Assembly: GCA_012295275.1 (NCBI GenBank)
Contig: CM022666.1
Location: forward strand, 5,952,001 to 6,016,000
From: Chrysomallon squamiferum
Lineage: Eukaryota; Animalia; Mollusca
Reading direction: 5' to 3'
DNA length: 64,000 nt
The position numbers were made by a program, and so were the translations under genes. Shown piece by piece: positions 55,585 to 64,000 of the stretch (the first letter of the stretch is position 1; each line of letters starts with the position of its first letter). The notes beneath the pieces were generated by a model. It made no database searches, was not told the DNA's origin, and saw only the letters and a program-made list of their open reading frames with translations.

Positions 55585-56725
55585 ATACATATACACTAGT
55601 ACAAATAAAGGGAGACAATTTACATAGATTACACTGAGAACCAACGTAACTGGGGAATGACTCGATCGACAGAGAAAGAGAGAAAAATAAAAATAATTAC
55701 CAATATTTTAAAATACGTTTAATATTTGTACTTCATTTAATCGAAATTTCTTGGTAGCTCCACGTATATGTACTGAGTATTCACCATCATCACCATCATT
55801 GTCATTATTGTTTTTCTTATTATTTCTTTTTTTCAGAGAACTCTATCCGTCTGTTAGTTTTCGAAACTTTTCCTATGAAGCAAGCGTTTGAAGAAAAGAG
55901 GTGTTATCAAACAGTTTAAAATAAAAATGCATGTTTTTCCAAACTACTTCCAACTTTTTTACCTTGATTTAAATAGATATGTGAATATTAGTCTATAGGG
56001 TGTTATAAAAACATAAAATTGTTTAATCTGACAATTCAGATTATCTGCAATATTTTATTTTACTGTTTGTATTTATTTGTTCAAGCATCAAAAGACAATA
56101 TGTTATCAAAACGAAAAAAAACCTAAAAATTTAAAAACAAAATTTCATATTTCATTTTACGAAACATATTTTCAGGATTATCAAGTTATCTAATAAAATA
56201 ATGATCCAGACTGGTTGTGTTTGAAAATAGGTCTCTCTAGTATTTAAATCATAAAAATGTCTTATTTGTTGTACCTAGATGTACTCCTCTCACACATACA
56301 CACAAACAATTACCACAAAGAAAATATCCAATATATTTAAAAAGTTAGTTCAGATTTTATTAATATTATATTTTTTCAGTAATATATTTATACATATTTT
56401 TTAATGAATTGCAGGTTGATTAAATAAAACAAAATTCTACTGTTTACACCATATTTCTGAAACTACATCAAGTTGCTGTATGCAGTCATAAACAGGACTT
56501 AGAAGATGTCATGTTCTATATGACTCATAAAAACAAATATCAACAGTTCATAAATTAACTGAATTTGTCCTGCTTACCTGTTAAACATATTACTTATTTT
56601 AACATTATCTGTTAGCACATTGTAAATGTGACTTGATGCATATTGCATTGTATGCAATGAGAAATAGTCCTGCTTACCTCACACTCAATTAAAAATATTT
56701 CTTATTGCTGTAAAAGTTATCAAAC

Positions 56726-57300
56726 ATGGCTTCAGGCACAACAGGGAATGTGAAACAACACAATTTCAGATATACTGGCCCTGAAATTTCTGAAGCTCCC
56801 ATATTGTCAAATGGACTGGTTATTGCCCTGTACATGAAATATAAGGATTGCACAGCTGTGCACAGTCAGTTAAAAGTGATATGTGAAGAACATGGAATTC
56901 CCTGGAATTATCCTTCAGTTGATTACATACTACACTCTATTTATCAAATTTGTATGCGCCTGGAAATGCTGAAAAGAGATGAGAAACATAATTCTGAAAG
57001 GATTAAACTATTTCTCAATGAAACATGTGAGCTATTGAACATACGTGAAAGGAAAAGTTCTGCTGAGGAGGAGAGCTTACGATGCCCTTATTAAAACATG
57101 CAAAATGCAGTGAATGTACCGCCATACAGAAAGAGCTGAGAAGAGTCAACAATGCCTTAAATGCATGTTTAATGGCCAGGGATAAATACAGAATGCAACG
57201 TCGTATCATTCGTCAAAAAATAAAACAGTATTGTTCAAAACGTGTCCGTCGGTCTCTGAGAAGAAAAAAAATATTATTAATAAAAAGAATCAAGAAATAA
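56726..57300 (+). pseudogene. Frameshifted ORF pair, probably a decayed DNA-transposon gene
   Basis: Two overlapping non-repetitive ORFs (122 and 72 aa) join across one frameshift. They include a CxxC (CSEC) followed by a basic coiled-coil, then decay into A-runs. The family was not recognised. Confidence 0.4.
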
Positions 57301-58515
57301 AATCTCTTAAAAAGAAGAGTTCTAGCAAGTTGTTGGACAGATATGATAATTTGTTAAAAGAGTCTTAAGTTGCTAAGTAGGATCAAAATAAAAAATAAAA
57401 CTAATAAAAAAAAAAAAAAAATTGCTGTAATTTTCATTATAGGTTAAAGAAATTAAACTATGTTCAAAATCCTGAACTGAAGGATACATTCATAGAGGGA
57501 CAAAAAAAACAAAATAAAAAATTAAAAAAACAATGGTAGTCTTTGCAATACAAAAAAAAACAAGAATAAAATTATTTGTTATACCATTCAACATCATTGT
57601 CCTTTTGACCAAGCTGAAGATGCAGCTAAATTTATAATGGAGGTTACTGGTAAGACACTGATGGATATGTTTTCATTGTCCTCCTTTATAGAACTTCAGG
57701 CGGATCAGTAAATTATGAAAATGCGAGATTTTTGTTTACCAGTAGATTCAGCTATCAGAAAATGTTTTTTTTAGAAAAGCACAAGGATCATACAGTATCT
57801 ATTTACACCAAAACTGGAACAGAATGTTATTAAGTTATCCTCAAGTTTTTCAGTGACCATGGGTTCAGAACAGACATTGATAATGGATCATAGGGTATGA
57901 TGATACTGAAGGAACTGAAAAAGATGTATCATAAGACATTTGAATTTGAAGAATAGAAAGATAGACACAGTTGTTCTAAGTGTATTGATTTGAATCGGAG
58001 ACTGTTGAAGCTCAGATTGAATTTGACACAGAACAGAATCAGCTGATTGCAGAGTACAATTATGGTTACATTGAATTTAGTTCAGAATGAATCAAATGTA
58101 AGATAAGATATAGTTAATTAAATATCTGAAAATATTTTTTTCTACATATAATATATGTATGATTATTTCCTGCAGTCATTGTGTATTTCAGTATTTCAGT
58201 ATCTATGGTTATGTTGAATTTATTCATGAATTAATTGAAAATTTGTTCATTTAAATGTTTATCTGTTTATTGCATTAAATTGTAGTTGCTGTTCATAAAG
58301 TTATTTGCAGTTGGAATTAATCCTTTTAAACTTATTCCAGTATATTTGTAAATACTTATCTGAAATGTAATTTAATTTGCTTTTGAACAGTAGCATTAGC
58401 AATAAAAAGTCCTCGATTAAAACCAGAACCAGGATCTACTTGAAGCTGATGAAGTACATCTCCTTTGTGAACTTCAGTTCAGGATTATACAATATTCTTT
58501 GTTAGCATTTGTTAA

Positions 58516-59056
58516 GGGGACACGCTAAATGAAAAATAACAAAATTTGAAATTTTTTTTTTTTTTTTTAGATTTTGACAACCATTTACAAAATATATTCA
58601 GGTTTCTATTCATAAAGTTAAAAAGTCCAAATAAATTTAATTATGTCCAAAAAAATGCATTTTATGAGGTGCCTTACACTGAAATTTACACATTTTAGTC
58701 AAAGTCTGCATTTGTTTCCGGGTTATATATCTCACAAAAACAATTACAATCTGCATGAGAAAAATTGCAGAAAACACGAGACACTGTCAAAACAAGTGAG
58801 GTCATTGAGGAAAAGGAATCAGCAAGCACCCATTGACTTTCAAAAGAAAATTGGGACATGTTTTGGAAATCAAGATCACCATCTATTTGTTACTGCTGTC
58901 AAATGTCTTTTTGTGCAAGTCGAAAATTTTCCACGTTCAGAATTGTCATGCAATGGATCATTAACTAACTGTCATTATATGTGGGATATTTTCCACCAAT
59001 TTTCAATTCTATAACATAAAAAATATAGATTTTGTTTATTTGTCTAGTTTGTCCCC
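58516..59056. mobile_element. Non-autonomous DNA transposon (MITE) with TTAA target-site duplication, Kolobok-like ends
   Basis: ttaa|GGGGACACGCTA ... TAGTTTGTCCCC|ttaa. Confidence 0.7.
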
Positions 59057-61934
59057 TTAAATAGAACATCTAAAGTTGTCTCTGGTATTTAAAAAAAAAA
59101 AAAAATTAGATTAAAAAATTAAAAATTTAAATTCCAATATGTCAGGTACAAAATTTTATAATCATTGAAAGATACCCTTTTTCGTAAAATATTACATATC
59201 ACCTGTGAGCTCATGACTTCATGCTTATCTTGTAAATCTCTTGTCATCAATATTTCCTCAACCAGGTTAAAATGCAGTGATGCCATTTTGGTAGTAATGA
59301 GAACCAGTTCAGTTCTTTTGTAGTTGTTACTTTTTAAAATATTATTGTTATCGTTGTTGTTGTTGTTGTTTTTATTATTTTTATTATTACTCTTATTATT
59401 ATCATTATTGTCCTGTATTCATCAAGGAACCAATCACAAGTGATATCGTTACAGATTGCAGCCCTGCTTATTTGGTATAATTAACCATGATGGTTAAGAT
59501 TTTTGAAATGTAATTTCTAACACCATTACCAACAAGTATATTAAGCAATGAAAAATACGTTTGCAGTGTACATAAGTTTCATCATATTTCTGTGGTTCTG
59601 CATTTGTTTATTGTATACATTATTAATATTGATTAGTATGATAGAAACTAGTTTATTTAGATTATTTGGACTATTACAAATAGTCTAGACATAGTTATTA
59701 AAATGAGTTTGGAATAAATCATATTGTTAGTAAATATGTGTTAAGAATAATACAGTATTCTAGATCAGGATTTTATAAACTCCAGTTTCAGAAAAATAAG
59801 TTATTTGTATTTGGAGCTTTGAGATTCATGATAAAAAAAAAAAATCCAAATTTGTTGCTACCTTTTTGAGAACATATTTGCCAAATTCCATAAAATAAAC
59901 AAAATAATGACATAAATGTACCAAAAAAAAAAAAACAACCAACAAAAAAACAACAAATTCTGAAATCTTTCAGAACTGTATGGCTTCTGCAATTTTTTCG
60001 TCCAATCCACAAGGATTCCTCAAAGAGTAAGCTGTTTGAAAAATCCTGTTCTAGATGCTGTAATTTTGACCTGATTGGTTTGTGAGTTTCAAGTTATTTG
60101 TTATTTTTCAAATGTTTCAAAATAAATTACCATTGAGACAAGGGTATTGTATCCCCATAATGGATGTGTGTGAAAAGGATATTCCAGTATAAAGGAATTG
60201 GATGAGATGGTTATCATTACTAATGTTTTGAAGAAACCTTTCAGTGATAACAAGAACATTGATACCCTCTTGACATTTGGTGAAGCAGAGAGTGGTTTCT
60301 GACCAGTCATAGAAATGGAGTGGTACATGAGGGAAAGTTTCCATTACTTTTTACAGTTTATGCAAAGTTTCTGTATTAGTTTATTAGTTAACCTTTGTTA
60401 TGTTTCTAGCAATTAAAGTTTACTTATTTACAATCTGTAATTGTATGTTGTATATTGTATAACAGCATATACATTAAAATACCTTACCAAAAATCAGAAA
60501 CACATTCTATCTTTAATGAAATAAATTTGCAGATGTTCTTCTTGAATTAGACATTGTTACAGTACATCCAAACTGGGGTAGGTGAAAGACATGTCTCCAG
60601 AAATAAATGGCATTTTTCAGATTATACAGAATTTCGTGCGGACTTGCAGTGTCTACCCATATCTTTCCCCAACTCGGATCACTGACTTTAATGTGCTCCA
60701 TTTTTTGTGTGGCTGAGATATATCATTCATGAAATAATTTAAAAAGTTTTATTTACATGGAATGTCAAAAATCATATGTAATCAACTTTAATGTAACCAT
60801 ATCATAAATCTTTTTTCAGCACTGCTCTTCTGATACATTTCTGTGTGTATCATTAGTGATGTAATTTAAACAGTTCATTGTTCCCATATAATGTTAAAAG
60901 TCATTAAATAAAACTTAAATGCAGTGCAGTGATTTGCAGAAAAATGCTTGTACAAACTGTGGCCTGTTTTTTTAGACAGCATTGTAATCAGTAGCTCTGA
61001 TGCTTGAAACTACAGACTTCAGACAAACAGTGCCTAATGTATCATAGAATAACTCGACACTTGCATTTTTAGACAATTTAAGTCATAAAACTGAGAAAAA
61101 AGTTTATGTAGTGTTTCACCAATAATGAATTAGCATTTATCAATGTTTTCCATATTGGTTTGGGGTTTTTGTTTTTTACTCCATTTTTGCCTTTATTTTA
61201 TTACATTTTATCTATTTATTTATTTATTTTACATTTATGTGTGAACTTTTGAAGCGTTTATCATATTATTGCATTTTAAGACAGTTAAAATATCGCAAGT
61301 GCCACTTTAAAATATAACAATAAAAAATGAGATGTGTACAACAACTTAAATACAGCATAATTTTCTTTGGATGTGTTAATGATTTTTTAAGTATTTTAAA
61401 TATTTAGTGGTAACAAGTTAAAAAGATGCATGTGTGTGTGTTACTTAAAAGGACTACACATTTTTTATCTTTAACAATAATCTTCTGCAATATACAAACT
61501 GCACTAAAGCGTGGAGCCGATTTCAGAAACGTGTAGCAGTTATTAATAACTGGCAATACAATCTGTAATGGTGAGATAAATTAACAAATATCTCACCATT
61601 ATTGGCATTTTCTTTGATGGAGCTAATCAACGCTTCAAGCAAAAATAACCCAAATTTCAAAAATCAAATATTGATATTTAAAAAAAGGTTATTAGTTTAT
61701 TTTTTAATGAAGCATTTGAGCAAAATGTTATGGAAACAGAATATATTGTACTCTTCTATAGTATTGTTACGTTTATGGTCCTGAAGTCGAGTTTAATTCG
61801 ACGTTTATCGCGAAAATTTTGCAAGCAACAGGGCTATCATTTGCAGAAGTTTAACAAACGCGAATGGTAAACTGGTAGCCATGTTTTGCTTTCGGAGCCG
61901 AGTTTGTAAGAAAATTGACCACGAAATTTAGCAA

Positions 61935-61965
61935 TGAGCGCAGGAAGTGTGACGTAGGCGCACCT
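61935..61965. promoter_or_regulatory. ETS + CRE-like motif pair in a CpG-richer patch
   Basis: CAGGAAGT (61941-61948) is adjacent to TGACGTA (61950-61956). The target gene is uncertain. Confidence 0.3.
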
Positions 61966-62836
61966 AGACTTTGTACTAGCGCTATTCAAAATTTACATAC
62001 ATGGAAATGATCGAAATAAAGTAGCACATTAATGAATGTATTGAACTTGATCCGACGACTTTCAAAGGATATACAAGATATTTTTTCGATTATCAAAACT
62101 CACGAAATATCGAAACAGGCTTAGATCATTGTACGATACGTACATAATTTAGGCCCATAAGCAGAAATTTATCTGGGATGGGCTTAATCAAAGGCTGCAA
62201 ATGGCAAGAGTTGCTAGAGTGTTCGGGGATATGAACTCCCCCATCGAAATGTTTTTAAATATTGATGCATTGTTGAAAGTTACTGATAAGGGATATAAGG
62301 AAGTTATTGTTTATCAGAACGGATCCGCGGACAAATTAACGCCATTGGTTACGTTTCAAGCCATTGATCAGACGTTGAATATAAGGAGGGATATGAAGCA
62401 TTTTATTTTTAAGGTAAATCATTTATTTTCGAAAAGTGTCTTTTTAATTAGAGTCACGACAAATTTATCCTGTCCAAGGACGGATTACGGCCCTCCCCGG
62501 CTGAAAAAAATAAAAATAAAGTCGATGCCCACATATAAATCACTAAATGATTACCGGTGTTTGCCGGTACATTGCCAAAAACATTGGTGCATGTATTGAT
62601 AATGTATAAACGAAAAAGGAAGGTAATATCAAATATTAAATCTGACATTAGAAATCCATGACCATCGATTTTATGGGCTTGGAATTATGCCGTCTATACA
62701 CAGATTAACTTCAGGATGTAATCTCAGAAAATTTCTGACGAAAGAAAATATTACGAAAACTTGGTTTTGTCAACATCGACTTCAAAACTTTTAAGTTCGT
62801 GTATATTTTTTTTATTTCATTGTCTGACTGTTACAG

Positions 62837-63186
62837 ATTTAAACGTAGTAACCAGCAGTCCGCACACATCCAATCCAGGACACATTCCTAACGCCAACTC
62901 TCTTACTATGTCGACAATCGCTGACGCACTCTGGAACGCAGATCAAGACAGATTTCGTTCAGGGGAAATAACTCTGAACTACGGTTCAAAGACAAGTAGC
63001 GGAAATAGAAATGATGTTTCCAGTCAACAGTAAGTATCCTAAGCGACCATTATTTATTTATTTATAATCATCTTCATTACAATTTATTTTATATACGTGT
63101 GTGTGTGTGTGTGTGGTGGTTATCAGATTACTTAGATGCTCTGAAGTTTTGCAATATAAATAACAAAGATAAAATGATATAATAAT

Positions 63187-63259
<73 letters not shown>

Positions 63260-63700
63260 AGAAGAAGAAGAAGAGAAATTACTACAGAAAAAGGGAAAGC
63301 GACATCCTGACAGATAGAAGGGAAACAGATAAAAACAGTCAGAGAAAAAAGGGTTAAGAGTGATAGCGATCGACCGAGTCAGATTCAACGGAAACAAAGA
63401 GAGAAACTAAGACACCAAAACAGCTTGACTCAATAAACCCTGCACTATTTATTCTGCCGTAACATTTACAGTTTTTTATTATTTCTTTTTAAATTTTCAG
63501 ACTGTTTGCTAGAGTCAACCAGAACAGACTTCAGCGACCTGTCTACAGAGCTTTCATTGCTCTGTTGGACAATTACAATCCAAATCGAGGCCACGCAGAT
63601 CCTATCAGTCAAAACGAGCAGACGGAAATAGACCATTTTCTCGACGTCATCATGGCGACTGACGTAATGAAAATTACCTACGCATTTCTGAACCATAATG
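62837..63700 (+). CDS. ENDOU: Poly(U)-specific endoribonuclease (EndoU/XendoU/PP11 family), two internal exons; gene incomplete in the window
   Basis: Exon 62837-63029 (..IADALWNADQDRF..ITLNYGSKTSSGNRNDVSSQ) splices GT-AG in phase to exon 63501-63700. The second exon reads LFARVNQNRLQRPVYRAFIALLDNYNPNRG..EQTEIDHFLDVIMATDVMKITYAFL, the characteristic EndoU N-terminal motifs. Confidence 0.9.
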
Positions 63701-64000
63701 GTAAGTGAACTTAAGAACTAAACTTAAGAACTAAACAGCTTTGTGCACATGTATCAGTGTTAGATTTAGCAGTACTGTAATGTTTTTTAGACATGATGTT
63801 CTAGGAGTTTAAATAATTTGTGCCGAAGGAACAAATGTTTAAGGATATCAAAAGAATTGTTTTTCTTTTCTTTTTCTCTCTCTGATTTGTGGGTTCATTG
63901 TTAATTGTGGAGCTAGATTTAATACTTATACTTATATCTAAATTAATATTAACAATAACAACAATAAGCATGACAATGACAACAACAATATCAGTACAAA

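Noticed and set aside
62201-62599. 132-aa + strand ORF upstream of EndoU
   Set aside because: No recognisable motif, no signal peptide, and no convincing donor linking it to the EndoU exon.

Overview
AT-rich, intron-containing animal DNA. An invertebrate, plausibly a mollusc, is an inference from composition and gene content. Most entries in the ORF track are microsatellite or antisense artefacts, and the real genes are spliced. The window is dominated by a minus-strand tandem array of TNF-superfamily (TRAIL/TNFSF10-like) ligand genes. Three copies are intact, each with four coding exons (261+37+108+389 nt, 264 aa): 25090-26953, 30456-32286 and 44970-46823. One copy lost its TNF domain through a ~584-bp deletion but keeps an open frame (11434-13060). 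One copy runs off the left edge, and there are several orphan or inverted exon relics. Interleaved are broken copies of a second multi-pass membrane-protein gene (possibly DC-/OC-STAMP-like) and a repeated exon-like module of unknown identity. Recurrent STAT(GAS)/kB-like motifs lie just upstream of the TNF first exons. There are also many decayed transposons (Tc1/mariner, MULE/FLYWCH, THAP, LINE, a TTAA-flanked MITE), a 200-N gap, and two + strand exons of an EndoU endoribonuclease at the right end.
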